In this document: piece after piece, positions 30,940 to 40,962 of the stretch
How positions within the stretch are numbered: position 1 is the first letter of the stretch
Layout of the letters: the number at the start of each line of letters is the position of its first letter
Source of the DNA: Candidatus Dormibacteria bacterium
GTDB lineage: Bacteria > Chloroflexota > Dormibacteria > Aeolococcales > Aeolococcaceae
Direction: 5' to 3'
DNA length: 64,000 nt
NCBI GenBank assembly: GCA_050010655.1
Contig: JBEKKP010000008.1
Location: forward strand, 2,623 to 66,622
Program-made: the position numbers and the translations under genes
Notes under the pieces: model-generated
Database searches by the model: none
What the model was told of the DNA's origin: nothing
Seen by the model: only the letters and a program-made list of their open reading frames with translations

Positions 30940-31694
30940 GTGAGAACGGAGCGGCGGTTGCCCCGGTGACAGGCGGCGCCGGGGTGCCGGTGATCGAACT
31001 TCGCGAGATCGACGTGTTCTACGGACGCGTCAATGCGTTGAGCAAGGTCTCGATGGTCGTTGGTCAGGGCGAGATCGTGGCGCTGATCGGCAGCAACGGT
31101 GCCGGCAAGACCACCACCTTGCGCACCATAAGTGGACTCATCTCCCCCAAGGAAGGCGAGGTGTTGCTGTTCGGCAAGAGCATCAAGGGCGTGGGCGCAG
31201 CACAGATCGCGAAACTCGGCGTCGGGCACGCTCCCGAGGGACGGCGTCTCTTTGCCCGGATGACGGTGCGCGAGAACCTCGACATGGGCGCGTACACGCG
31301 CAATGACAAAGCGGGGATCCGCACCGACCTCGAACGGGTCTACACGCTTTTCCCCCGGCTTCGTGAGCGGGCATCGCAGCTTGCCGGCAGTTTGAGCGGC
31401 GGCGAGCAGCAGATGGTCGCGATCGGCCGTGCACTGATGAGCGATCCGAAGGCGCTGCTCCTCGACGAGCCATCCCTCGGCCTCGCGCCCATTCTGGTCG
31501 ACGCCATCTTCGAGGTCATCAGGGAGATCAACGCGAAGGGGACGACCATCCTCCTCATCGAACAGAACGCCCTGCTGGCGCTCAAGACGGCAAGCCGCGC
31601 GTATGTGCTCGAGACCGGAAACATGGTGCTGTCGGGACCGTCCACCGACATTCTTGCGTCCCCGGATATCCAGCGAGCCTACCTGGGTATGTAA
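30936..31694 (+). CDS. livF: branched-chain amino acid ABC transporter ATP-binding protein
   Basis: GSNGAGKTT, LSGGEQQMVAIGRAL; ATGA overlap with livG. Confidence 0.8.
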   Translation: MSENGAAVAPVTGGAGVPVIELREIDVFYGRVNALSKVSMVVGQGEIVALIGSNGAGKTTTLRTISGLISPKEGEVLLFGKSIKGVGAAQIAKLGVGHAPEGRRLFARMTVRENLDMGAYTRNDKAGIRTDLERVYTLFPRLRERASQLAGSLSGGEQQMVAIGRALMSDPKALLLDEPSLGLAPILVDAIFEVIREINAKGTTILLIEQNALLALKTASRAYVLETGNMVLSGPSTDILASPDIQRAYLGM

Positions 31695-31713
31695 TCCTGC
31701 GAGGAGGGAAACC

Positions 31714-31727
31714 AACCAGGCCTGGTT
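31714..31727. promoter_or_regulatory. 14-bp perfect palindrome AACCAGGCCTGGTT between livF and the GGDEF gene
   Basis: Followed by TTGACG; could be a small hairpin or a protein-binding site. Confidence 0.25.
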
Positions 31728-31744
31728 GACGTCAGAGGGAAGTG

Positions 31745-32482
31745 ATGCCACCGATCGGCGAGACAACGCCGGCTTCTGCGACTGAGCGCGCACCGCTCGA
31801 TCGAGGCACGCCACCGGTGGATGCGCCGCCCACTCGCGATTTCGTGGGCTGGACGATGCAGGACGAGTTCAGAAGCGGCAGGAGACTCTCCGCCGAGGTG
31901 ACCCGCAAGGTGCTCGCCACTGCTCTGGGGCTCCAACCGGAAGCGCTGGCCGGGCTCGATGCGGCGCACCTTCGGACGGCCCTGGATCGGCTCAGGGCGA
32001 TGGCCACCTACACGCAGCAGCTCACGGAAGTTGCGGCCACCGACGACCTCACTGGCGCACTCCGCCGGAGCGCCGGACTCGCGGCACTCCAGCGCGAGAT
32101 CGACCGCTCGCGCCGGAGCGGCGGCAAGGGCATCGCGGTGATGTTCCTTGACGTCGACGGGCTGAAGATGGTCAACGACACGCAGGGTCACGCTGCCGGC
32201 GACAGCGTCCTCATCGAAGTGGTCGCCACGATTCGAAAGCGTGTGCGTTCGTATGACCTCGTCATCCGCTACGGAGGCGACGAGTTTCTCTGCGCGCTGG
32301 TCGATGTCGCTCCGGAGGATGCCGAACGCACGCTCGCCGATATCCGCCAGCAGTACGCCGCGCGAACCGGGCACACGGTGAGCGTCGGCATGACAACTGT
32401 CGGCGACGCGGACACCGCGGACTCCGTCGTCGCGAGAGCTGACGCGGCCCTCTATGCGGAGCGGCGCAAACTCGAACGGTAA
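31745..32482 (+). CDS. stand-alone GGDEF-domain diguanylate cyclase
   Basis: RYGGDEF active-site motif; coiled N-terminal region with no recognisable sensor domain. Confidence 0.75.
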   Translation: MPPIGETTPASATERAPLDRGTPPVDAPPTRDFVGWTMQDEFRSGRRLSAEVTRKVLATALGLQPEALAGLDAAHLRTALDRLRAMATYTQQLTEVAATDDLTGALRRSAGLAALQREIDRSRRSGGKGIAVMFLDVDGLKMVNDTQGHAAGDSVLIEVVATIRKRVRSYDLVIRYGGDEFLCALVDVAPEDAERTLADIRQQYAARTGHTVSVGMTTVGDADTADSVVARADAALYAERRKLER

Positions 32483-32585
32483 GGGTTTCGACACGGGAGC
32501 TCCGGCGCATTGCTGAGAGTGCGTCGTGTCAGGATTCGAGCCCCGAAATCGCGGGTACATTGCCTTTCAGTAAGGAGCTTGGACG

Positions 32586-32813
32586 ATGGCCTTAGATGTG
32601 GTCGGCAAGCTGGCGAGAGTGACCGCCGACATCACCCCAGGACACCTCGGGGAGGTGCTCATCGAGGTGCGCGCAGGTACGGAACGTTTCCTCGCGTGCG
32701 CGTCGGACAAGGCCGCAACCATCACCAAACATTCCCAGGTCCTTGTGGTGGGTAGCCTGGGCGGTCGCACCGTAGAGGTGGCGCCGACAGACACCATGAG
32801 GTTGCCGCGATGA
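32586..32813 (+). CDS. NfeD-like OB-fold protein (short form, no membrane anchor)
   Basis: 75 aa beta-barrel region similar to the NfeD C-terminal domain; strong AAGGAG RBS; ATGA overlap with the flotillin gene. Confidence 0.55.
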   Translation: MALDVVGKLARVTADITPGHLGEVLIEVRAGTERFLACASDKAATITKHSQVLVVGSLGGRTVEVAPTDTMRLPR

Positions 32814-34384
32814 CAACGCTGGCCTACGTGATCCTTGGGATCGTCATCGGTGGGCTGCTGCTGCTGGTGCTGCTCTTTCGGGCGGCGTGGCGTGTCGCAG
32901 AACCGGACGAGGCGTTGATCGTCTCCGGCTTTCGAACGAGCCAGCGTCCCGACGGCGTCGGCGAAAGCATGGGATTCCGCATCGTCACCGGACGTGGATG
33001 CCTGGTCGCGCCCGGTATCACACGGGTGCGGCGCCTCTCGTTGGAGGCGCACGAGAGTGAGATCGGCGTGCCGTGCGTCTCGCAACAGAAGATCCGCGTG
33101 GACCTCCGCGGCGTGATCGTCTACAAGGTCGGCGACGACTACCGCTCGATCGCAAACGCCGCTCGGCGTTTTCTCGACCGCCCCGCTGCGGAGCTCGAGA
33201 CCAAGGTGCAGAACGTTTTCGTCGGTCATCTGCGCGCGATTGCCGGCTCGATGACTGTCGAGGACATGATCAGCGACCAGGACAAGTTCGCGCAGCAGGT
33301 GCGCGATCGCTGCTCGCAGGAGATGGAGTCCTTCGGGTTGGTGATCGACAGCTTCCAGATCCAGTCGATCACGAGCCCGTCCAACTACATCGAGAACCTC
33401 GCGGCACCGCACCAGGCCGAGGTCGAGCAGAACGCGCGCATCGCCCGTGCCAACTCCGAGCGCGCCGCTGTGAGCCAGGAGCAGATCGCGCAGGCGCAGA
33501 TGGCGGAATCGGAGCGCGACACGAACATCAAGAAGGCCGGCTACCAGGCCGAGGTCGACACCGCAACCCAGCTCGCCGGGCAGCAAGGACCTCTCTCCGA
33601 GGCGAGGGCCCACCAGGCCGTCGTCACGGAGCAGACGCGCGTCGCCGAACTGCAGGCGCAGCAGAAGGAACAGCAGCTCCAGGTGGACGTCCGCCGTCCG
33701 GCTGACGCCGAGGCATACCGGCAGACCACGCTCGCAGCGGCGGGACGCGACGTCCGCATCCGCCAGGCCGAGGCAGAGGCCCAGGAGGTTCGTCTCAAGG
33801 CAGAAGCAGTGGCTGCGCAGACCAAGGTGCAAGCCGAGGCGCAGGCTGCCGCGCTCAAGATGCAGGCGACGGCACAGGCGGACGCCACCAGGATCACCGG
33901 CCAGGCCGAAGCAGATGCCATCAAGGCCAAGGGCCTTGCCGAGGCGGATGCCATCCGCGCTCGCATGGAAGCCGAGGCTGCGGGCATCGAGCGCCGGGCC
34001 GCCGCGATGAGCCAGAACCAGGAAGCGGTCATCGCGCAGCAGATCGCCGAGAAGCTCCCGGAGATCGTCGCCGCCGCGGCATCGCCGTTCGAGCACATCG
34101 ACCAGTTCACCGTCCTCAACGGCGCGCAAGGCGTGACCGGAGCACTCGCCGAGATCATCCAGCAGGCGGGGGCGCTGACCGGCCTCGCTCGCAACTCGCT
34201 GCTCCCCGCGATCACGCGAGCGGCGGGCTCACCCCCGGAACCGACCCATCTCAACGGTGTCGCCAATGGCACCGCATATGCAAACGGTGACCGCAACGGG
34301 CGGCGCAAGCGGCAGACTCCTGTCACGATCACCGCCCCGGGCCCCGCCGGGACGGACGCCAGCGAGGAGCATGTGAGCCAGTGA
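32810..34384 (+). CDS. flotillin-like SPFH/band-7 protein
   Basis: N-terminal TM, PDEALIVSG, SPFH core very similar to B. subtilis FloT, long Ala/Glu/Gln-rich coiled-coil tail. Confidence 0.85.
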   Translation: MTTLAYVILGIVIGGLLLLVLLFRAAWRVAEPDEALIVSGFRTSQRPDGVGESMGFRIVTGRGCLVAPGITRVRRLSLEAHESEIGVPCVSQQKIRVDLRGVIVYKVGDDYRSIANAARRFLDRPAAELETKVQNVFVGHLRAIAGSMTVEDMISDQDKFAQQVRDRCSQEMESFGLVIDSFQIQSITSPSNYIENLAAPHQAEVEQNARIARANSERAAVSQEQIAQAQMAESERDTNIKKAGYQAEVDTATQLAGQQGPLSEARAHQAVVTEQTRVAELQAQQKEQQLQVDVRRPADAEAYRQTTLAAAGRDVRIRQAEAEAQEVRLKAEAVAAQTKVQAEAQAAALKMQATAQADATRITGQAEADAIKAKGLAEADAIRARMEAEAAGIERRAAAMSQNQEAVIAQQIAEKLPEIVAAAASPFEHIDQFTVLNGAQGVTGALAEIIQQAGALTGLARNSLLPAITRAAGSPPEPTHLNGVANGTAYANGDRNGRRKRQTPVTITAPGPAGTDASEEHVSQ

Positions 34385-35583
34385 CGACAGAGCTGCCCGA
34401 GCTCTCCCTCTCGGCACCCGAGGCCGCCACCACGGTGGCGCCGGCCGAGGCCGAGCGCGAGGTGACCATCGACCCGGACGCCGCCAAACGCATCGACGCC
34501 ATGGTGTCCGCGTTCGTGGCCGGCATCAGATCGGTGGATGTCCACGGCGACGACTACCGCCGGCGCGTCGATGACATCGACAACCTCGCCGATCGCGAGA
34601 TCCGTTCCACTTCCGATATGAGCAACCGGCTGCTCGACCGGCCGGCCCGTGCGATGCGCGGCCTTGGCCAGGGTGACGCGCCGATCGCGAAGAGCCTGCT
34701 CGATCTCCGACGCTCGGTTGACGAGCTCAACCCGGCCAAACACGACCTGACCCAGGGCGGGCCGCGAAAGCTGCTCGGTGTCGTCCCATTCGGTGACCGC
34801 GTTCGCGCGTACTTCGCGAAGTACGAGAAGTCGCAGAGCCACATCCAGGGCATCGTCGGGGCACTCCGTGAAGGCGGCTCCGAGCTGGAGAAGGACAACG
34901 CTGCGATCGCACAGGAGCAGAAGGCGCTCTGGACGCAGATGGAGACGCTCCGGCAGTACACGTACATGGCGGAGAAGCTCGACACCGGCCTCGAGGCGCA
35001 GATCAACCACGTCGCCATCGGCGATCCGGAGCGTGCCAAAGTGCTCCAGGAGGACATCCTCTACCCGGTCCGGCGCCGGCGCCAGGAGATCCTCACGCAA
35101 CTGGCGGTCGCGGTGCAGGGATACGCGGCGCTCCGCGTGGTGGAGATCAACAACCGCGAGCTGGTGCGCGCGGTTCGCACCGCGACCACGACAACCGTCG
35201 CGGCGCTTCGGACCGCGGTCATGGTCGCGCAGGCGCTCACCAACCAGAAGGCGGTCAGCGAGCAGGTCAAGGCCGTCAACGACACGACGAGCGCGATGAT
35301 CGAGAGCACGTCATCGGTACTCCGCGAGCAGACGACCACCGTCGAGGGCCAGGCGGCGAGCCCGGGCATCGACATGGCATCGCTGCAGCGCGCCTGGGAC
35401 AACGTGTTCGCCGCGCTGGACCAGATCGACACCTACAAGCTGCGCGCCCTCGATGCCATGAAGATCACGGTCCGAGACCTCTCCGAGCAGGTGGAGAAGT
35501 CGCATGCACAGGTGGAACGCCTCCACTCGGCCGATGCAACGCCGCCAAGGGTTGCGGGCGGGGACGGCCTCCGGCTCTCCTGA
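34381..35583 (+). CDS. TelA-like (toxic anion resistance family) protein
   Basis: ~400 aa all-helical protein of TelA/YaaN type; GTG start overlaps the flotillin stop (GTGA). Confidence 0.5.
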   Translation: MTTELPELSLSAPEAATTVAPAEAEREVTIDPDAAKRIDAMVSAFVAGIRSVDVHGDDYRRRVDDIDNLADREIRSTSDMSNRLLDRPARAMRGLGQGDAPIAKSLLDLRRSVDELNPAKHDLTQGGPRKLLGVVPFGDRVRAYFAKYEKSQSHIQGIVGALREGGSELEKDNAAIAQEQKALWTQMETLRQYTYMAEKLDTGLEAQINHVAIGDPERAKVLQEDILYPVRRRRQEILTQLAVAVQGYAALRVVEINNRELVRAVRTATTTTVAALRTAVMVAQALTNQKAVSEQVKAVNDTTSAMIESTSSVLREQTTTVEGQAASPGIDMASLQRAWDNVFAALDQIDTYKLRALDAMKITVRDLSEQVEKSHAQVERLHSADATPPRVAGGDGLRLS

Positions 35584-35592
35584 TCACGCCGC

Positions 35593-36453
35593 TCAGAAGC
35601 GGGCGACGTTGATCCAGATTCCCCCGGCAATCGCGGCGGCCACGAAGACCGCGTACTCGGCGATGAGCCCGCGCTGCCGGCGCTGACCGCCCAGGGCTCC
35701 GGCGACACCGCGAGCCCCATACCAGAGCACGAGCAGGATTGCAGCCCGAAGCCCGGTGTGCGTGTCGTTGGCCCCCAGCACCGCAGCGGCGCCCGCGATG
35801 ATCGCGCCGATGAGGAGCGCGAAGAGAATTGTGAGAACGATCGAGAGGCGCTCGGTGCGCAATCCGTCGAGACTGACGAAGAACACAACGGCGAAGACGG
35901 CGGCGAGCCGGAGGCTGATCGGCAGCGTCGGGGACACACCGCCGAGAAGCACCGGCGCCAGAACGGCGATCCCCGAGACGTCCCTGATCAGTCGCGTGAT
36001 CCATCCCTCGCGACCGAGCGCGCGTCGTCCGGCGAGCCGCGGAACCCCTCCGATGACCACTGCCGCGATGACACCACCGCCGATCCGGATAGGCAGCGGC
36101 AGCACGGCGATCGCGAGCAGCGTGCCGAACGAGAGCACCGCGGCCATCGGCAGCGCTGTCCCGACAGGTCCGGGCCGCGACTCCGACGGGTAGATGAGGA
36201 AGTCGTACGCCACCAGGAGCAGGCCGGTGAGGAGCGCGAGCCCGGCATCGGCGGCGGCGCTCCGGCCGAGTCCGACCGCCTCGGGTCGCAGGAGCACTTC
36301 GGCCGCCGCGATGGCCAGCCCGAAGGCCGTGTGCACCATCGGGAGCGGGATCTCTGCGAGCACGCGGACCTCGCCGGTGATGCCCAGCGCAGATCGCGCC
36401 TGGTCCGCGAGATAGCCGTGGCCCCGACGGCGAAAACCTGTTCGATTATCCAC
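35593..36453 (-). CDS. integral membrane protein (hypothetical)
   Basis: 286 aa with multiple TM helices; last gene of the minus-strand metK-manC-pmm-cupin cluster. Confidence 0.5.
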   Translation of the reverse strand: MDNRTGFRRRGHGYLADQARSALGITGEVRVLAEIPLPMVHTAFGLAIAAAEVLLRPEAVGLGRSAAADAGLALLTGLLLVAYDFLIYPSESRPGPVGTALPMAAVLSFGTLLAIAVLPLPIRIGGGVIAAVVIGGVPRLAGRRALGREGWITRLIRDVSGIAVLAPVLLGGVSPTLPISLRLAAVFAVVFFVSLDGLRTERLSIVLTILFALLIGAIIAGAAAVLGANDTHTGLRAAILLVLWYGARGVAGALGGQRRQRGLIAEYAVFVAAAIAGGIWINVARF

Positions 36454-36494
36454 GTCGGCCTGTGGAAACGGTGGAGAACTCGGCAGCGCCCGGC

Positions 36495-36896
36495 TCAGGG
36501 AGCCGAGGTGCCGGCCCGTCCGTAGTTGTCCTCGATGCGCACCACATCATCGATCTCCGGTGACGAAACCTCGACGAGATCCGTGTCCTCGACCGCGACG
36601 AATCGATGCTTTCGGCCGGGACGAATGTGCGCGCTCATCCCCGCCGTGAGCCGGTGGGTTTCCACGTCCCCGCTGTTGCTCTCGAGCTGGAGGTCCATCA
36701 CCCCGGCAAGGACATGGATCGATTCCTCCTTCTGCACGTGGTACTGGAGGCTCAGCTGGTGGCCGCGGTCGATGTGGATCAGCTTTCCCGCGTAGCGCTC
36801 GGTGACAGCCCAGCGGATCTCGTAGCCCCACGGCTTCTCGACACGACCCATTCCGGCGGGGCTGATCGGCTCGGACGCTGTGGCAACTCTCGTCAT
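36495..36896 (-). CDS. cupin domain protein (ManC C-terminal domain-like, mannose-6-phosphate isomerase type II)
   Basis: EKPWGYE..GHQLSLQYHVQKEE..HR cupin motifs; ATG overlaps the pmm stop (ATGA). Confidence 0.65.
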   Translation of the reverse strand: MTRVATASEPISPAGMGRVEKPWGYEIRWAVTERYAGKLIHIDRGHQLSLQYHVQKEESIHVLAGVMDLQLESNSGDVETHRLTAGMSAHIRPGRKHRFVAVEDTDLVEVSSPEIDDVVRIEDNYGRAGTSAP

Positions 36897-38359
36897 TCGG
36901 ACGCTCCCACCGCAACTCGCGCATTGACCCCGCTCTGATTCTCGAGCGCGGTAATCAGTTGCTCGACGCGCTCGCCGGTCGTCGCCTCCGCGTAAATGCG
37001 CATCAACGGCTCGGTGCCACTCATGCGCATCAGCACCCATGACCCGTCGTCAAGGTAGAACTTGAAACCGTCGTCAGTTCGGCTGCGAATGACCTTGCTC
37101 CCGGCAAGTTCGGTCGGCTCGTTCTGCTGCATCCGTGCGTAGATCTGTTCCTTGCGCTCCTCGTAGCCTTCGCGCGGGAAGCGGATGTCGTGACGGTCGT
37201 ACGCGTGCGGGCCGACGAGCTCCTCGAGGTGCGCAAGGATTCCCGAAAGCGGCATCCCGTAGTCGACGATCATCGACGCTGTCATCAAACCGGAGAGAAT
37301 CCCGTCGCGCTCCGGGATGTGGCCGCGGAAGGCGTATCCACCGGATTCCTCGCCGCCGAGGATCGCGTCGGTCTCCATCATCTTCGTGCCGATGTACTTG
37401 AAGCCGACGGGCATCTCGTGCACCGTCACCCCGAAGCGCTTGCCGAGCAGGTCGAGCATTCCCGACGTGGTGACCGATCGAACGATGTCGCCGCGAAGGC
37501 CGCGCTTCTCGAGAAGATACATGGCGAACAGCGACATCACCTGCAACTGGTTGATGTAACGGCCCGTCTCGTCGATGATGCCCACGCGATCCGCGTCACC
37601 GTCATTGGCGATACCGAGGTCGAAAGCGCCCGAGCGCATGCGCTCCATCGCCTCGGGCATGTAGCGATCGATCGGCTCCGGATGCATGCCGCCGAAACCC
37701 GGGTTGCGCTCGCCGTGCAACTCCTCCACCGTGGTCTTGCCACCCTCGAGCGCTCGCGCGATGAGCCCCGCGCCGGCGCCGTACATCGCCTCGTGCAGCA
37801 CGCGCAGACCGTGTGCGCGAAGCGCGTCGAGGTCGACCATCCTGCCGAGTTGCACGAAGAAATCCGGGAGCGGATCCAGGGTCTGCAGCCTGCCCGTCGC
37901 GGCTGCTTCCTCGTACGTCATCTCGGTCACGCCATTCTCGAGCGCCGCCGCTGCGTGGCGTTCGATCTCCGCGACGATCTCGGGAGGCGCGGAGCCGCCG
38001 AAGTCGGGCTTGTACTTGATCCCGTTGAACTCCGCGGAGTTGTGGCTCGCGGTGACGACGACGCCACCGGCGGCGTGTTGCTGGGTGATCGTCCACGACA
38101 CCGCGGGAGTGGGAGTCACGCGGTCGAGCAGCACGACCTGCAGCCCGTTCGCGACGAGGACTCGCGCGACTTCGCGAGCGAACATCTCGGCGCAATAACG
38201 TGAGTCGTGGCCGATCACCACGGGACGGGGCTCGTTGCCGAGGTACGCCGCAACGCCCTGGGCAACGGCGCGCACGTTCGCGTAGGTGAAGTCATCCGCG
38301 ACCACGGCCCGCCATCCGTCGGTCCCGAACCTGATCGGGTTCGGCGTCATCGGCACCAT
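36893..38359 (-). CDS. phosphomannomutase/phosphoglucomutase
   Basis: GTDGWR and active-site TASHNS plus a metal-binding loop. Confidence 0.85.
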   Translation of the reverse strand: MVPMTPNPIRFGTDGWRAVVADDFTYANVRAVAQGVAAYLGNEPRPVVIGHDSRYCAEMFAREVARVLVANGLQVVLLDRVTPTPAVSWTITQQHAAGGVVVTASHNSAEFNGIKYKPDFGGSAPPEIVAEIERHAAAALENGVTEMTYEEAAATGRLQTLDPLPDFFVQLGRMVDLDALRAHGLRVLHEAMYGAGAGLIARALEGGKTTVEELHGERNPGFGGMHPEPIDRYMPEAMERMRSGAFDLGIANDGDADRVGIIDETGRYINQLQVMSLFAMYLLEKRGLRGDIVRSVTTSGMLDLLGKRFGVTVHEMPVGFKYIGTKMMETDAILGGEESGGYAFRGHIPERDGILSGLMTASMIVDYGMPLSGILAHLEELVGPHAYDRHDIRFPREGYEERKEQIYARMQQNEPTELAGSKVIRSRTDDGFKFYLDDGSWVLMRMSGTEPLMRIYAEATTGERVEQLITALENQSGVNARVAVGASE

Positions 38360-38389
38360 TCTAAGCGCACGGATGCGAGGTCCTCGCGG

Positions 38390-39529
38390 CTAGAGAAGGT
38401 CGTCGCGTTCCGATGCCTTGAGCTCGTCGACGATCGTCCTGACGAGCTGCGCCTGGTCGGCAGGGATGACGAGCACAGCGTCGGGCGTGTCGATCACGAC
38501 GATGCCGTCCAGCCCGGCGACCGCGACGATGCGCCCGGAACGAGAGACGACGGTGCAGTTACGAGCCGAGGCCAGGATCACGTCGCCCTCGAGCACGTTG
38601 CCGTCGCGGTCGACGTCGCCATCTGCCGCGCGAGACTGGCCCACGTCCAGCCAGGAGCCCTGGTCAGACCACCCGAAGGACGCCTGGACGACGGTGAGCC
38701 GCTCGGTCCGTTCAAGCACAAGTGGTTCCACGGCCTGCAGCGCGAGTGCGGCATACAGCTTGGTGGCGAGCTCGTGGTCGCCGTTGATCCGTGCATCGGC
38801 GACACGATCGATCGTCGCGGACAGCTCCGGGTCAACCGCGGCGAGCTCGGCTCGGAAGCGGCGCGCTGTCCATGAGAAGAGGCCGAGGTTCCAGAAGTGG
38901 CGGCCATCCTCGACATAGCTCCGAGCGATCTCAGCCGATGGCTTCTCCTTGAATCCGGCGGCGGAGAATGCCGGGAGGAGAGCCGCCTGCTCGGCGATCT
39001 CGGGCGGAACGCGCGCAGGCGCGCTCCAGGCCTCGGGATCTCTGGCCGTGGCGACCTCGATGTACCCGAACGCGGTCACCGGCGAGGTCGGAACGAGCCC
39101 GACCGTCGCCAGACCATCCGTAGCGACCGCCCACCCTGCCGAGGCAACCACCGCCGCTCGATACGCGTCGCGATCGCTGACCCGGTGATCCGCATGGACG
39201 CTTGCGATGAGCGCATCCGGATCCTCGCGTTCGATCAATGCCACGGCAAGCGCCAGTGCAGGGCCCGTCCCGCGAGCTTCGGGCTCCTCGATGATGGAAC
39301 CGCCGGCGATGCCCAGCCCCGTCAGGACGGTGCGGCACCCGGGCGCCTGGTCGGCGGCGGTGACGACCCGAACCGAGTCAGCGAGACCGGTGACCCGGTC
39401 GAGGGTCGATCGGAGCAAGGTCTCGCCGCCCTGCGCGAGGGGAAGCAAGTGCTTGGGCGTCGAGCGGCGGCTCAGTGGCCACAGACGCGTGCCACTGCCG
39501 CCCGCGAGCACGAGGATATGGAAGCCCAC
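38390..39529 (-). CDS. mannose-1-phosphate guanylyltransferase (nucleotidyltransferase part only)
   Basis: LAGGSGTRLWPLS N-terminus; no C-terminal cupin. Confidence 0.8.
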   Translation of the reverse strand: MGFHILVLAGGSGTRLWPLSRRSTPKHLLPLAQGGETLLRSTLDRVTGLADSVRVVTAADQAPGCRTVLTGLGIAGGSIIEEPEARGTGPALALAVALIEREDPDALIASVHADHRVSDRDAYRAAVVASAGWAVATDGLATVGLVPTSPVTAFGYIEVATARDPEAWSAPARVPPEIAEQAALLPAFSAAGFKEKPSAEIARSYVEDGRHFWNLGLFSWTARRFRAELAAVDPELSATIDRVADARINGDHELATKLYAALALQAVEPLVLERTERLTVVQASFGWSDQGSWLDVGQSRAADGDVDRDGNVLEGDVILASARNCTVVSRSGRIVAVAGLDGIVVIDTPDAVLVIPADQAQLVRTIVDELKASERDDLL

Positions 39530-39556
39530 GTGCTGACGTGCCGCCTCCCGCCGCGG

Positions 39557-40741
39557 TTAGGCCGTGGCGGCCGAGACGAGCAGCGGTTCCGTCCCGGCGT
39601 CCTCGGCCCACTGCTCGGCAAGGGTGGTGCGCTCCCACGGCAGGTCGAGATCGCTGCGTCCGAAATGGCCGTAGGCGGCGACTTGACGGTAGATAGGCCG
39701 GCGGAGCTCGAGAGCGCTCATGATCCCGAACGGCGAGAGATCGATGTACTCGTCGATCAGAGAGGCAATCGTGTCCGCGGGCACCTTCTCGGTTCCGAAG
39801 GTCTCGACGAGCACCGACACCGGCTTGGCGACGCCGATCGCGTACGCGACCTGGATCTCACACTTCGAGGCGAGCCCTGCCGCCACAACGTTCTTTGCGG
39901 CCCAGCGCGCGCCATACGCCGCGCTGCGATCCACCTTGGACGGATCCTTCCCGCTGAAGGCGCCGCCGCCGTGCCGCGCGTAGCCGCCATAGGTGTCGAC
40001 GATGATCTTGCGACCGGTGAGCCCGGCGTCGGCCATCGGACCGCCGATCACGAAGCGCCCGGTTGGGTTCACGTACCGCTTTGTGCTCGCATCGAGCCAT
40101 TCCGCGGGGATGACCTTCTCGACCACGTGATGCTGGACGTCCTCGAAGATCTGCTCCTGCGTGACCTCCTCGCCGTGCTGCACGCTCACGAGGACCGTGT
40201 CCACCCGGCGGGGGCGACCATCGCTGTCGTACTCGATGGTGACCTGGGTCTTGCCGTCCGGCCGAGCCCAGCGCAGCGTCCCGTCGCGCCGCAGCACTGC
40301 GAGCTGACGGGCGAGCTGGTGCGCCATCTGAATAGGCGCGGGCATCAATTCGGGTGTCTCGTCGCACGCGAAGCCGAACATCATTCCCTGGTCGCCGGCG
40401 CCGCCGTGATTCACCCCCTGGGAGATATCGGGCGATTGCTCGTCAATGCCCACCAGGACGCCGCAGGTCTCCCAGTCGATGCCGTATTTGGCCCGGGTGT
40501 AGCCGATCTCCTTGATCGTCTGGCGGACGAGGCCGGCGATGTCGACATATGCCTCGGTTGTGATCTCGCCGAACACCAGGACAGTCCCGGTGCTGAGCGC
40601 CGTTTCGCAGGCGACCCGTCCCAGCGGGTCCTTGCTCAAGACCGCATCCAGGACAGCGTCGCTGATCTGGTCAGCGACCTTGTCGGGATGGCCCTCGGTG
40701 ACCGACTCCGAAGTGAAGAGGCGATGGCGTGTTGCGGGCAT
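39557..40741 (-). CDS. metK: S-adenosylmethionine synthetase
   Basis: [29 protein letters not shown]; ATG start with a GGAGGG RBS. Confidence 0.9.
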   Translation of the reverse strand: MPATRHRLFTSESVTEGHPDKVADQISDAVLDAVLSKDPLGRVACETALSTGTVLVFGEITTEAYVDIAGLVRQTIKEIGYTRAKYGIDWETCGVLVGIDEQSPDISQGVNHGGAGDQGMMFGFACDETPELMPAPIQMAHQLARQLAVLRRDGTLRWARPDGKTQVTIEYDSDGRPRRVDTVLVSVQHGEEVTQEQIFEDVQHHVVEKVIPAEWLDASTKRYVNPTGRFVIGGPMADAGLTGRKIIVDTYGGYARHGGGAFSGKDPSKVDRSAAYGARWAAKNVVAAGLASKCEIQVAYAIGVAKPVSVLVETFGTEKVPADTIASLIDEYIDLSPFGIMSALELRRPIYRQVAAYGHFGRSDLDLPWERTTLAEQWAEDAGTEPLLVSAATA

Positions 40742-40896
40742 TGGAGCTAACCCTCCACCCCTACCGGCAGCCACCGAGACGCCCTGTGCGCCTCCGGCCT
40801 GCTCCTGTCCAGGGATCGCACGATCGTAACAGCGCGGTGGAAAGCCTGGGCTGTCACGGATTTGTCCGTTTGCGAGGACCCTCTCGACCGTGTACT

Positions 40897-40909
40897 GTTA
40901 CCCGGTAAC
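40897..40909. promoter_or_regulatory. perfect 13-bp palindrome GTTACC-C-GGTAAC in the metK / zinc-ribbon divergent intergenic region
   Basis: 54 nt upstream of the zinc-ribbon gene start. Confidence 0.3.
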
Positions 40910-40962
40910 TATCACCAACCCGGGCGCCGTATCACAACGCGCCGGACGGAGGAACAAGGCGC

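Noticed and set aside
32567-35100. Two ~520-aa minus-strand ORFs (32567-34129 and 33541-35100)
   Set aside because: Both are antisense to the flotillin and TelA-like genes, which have clear homology. The antisense translations are low complexity.
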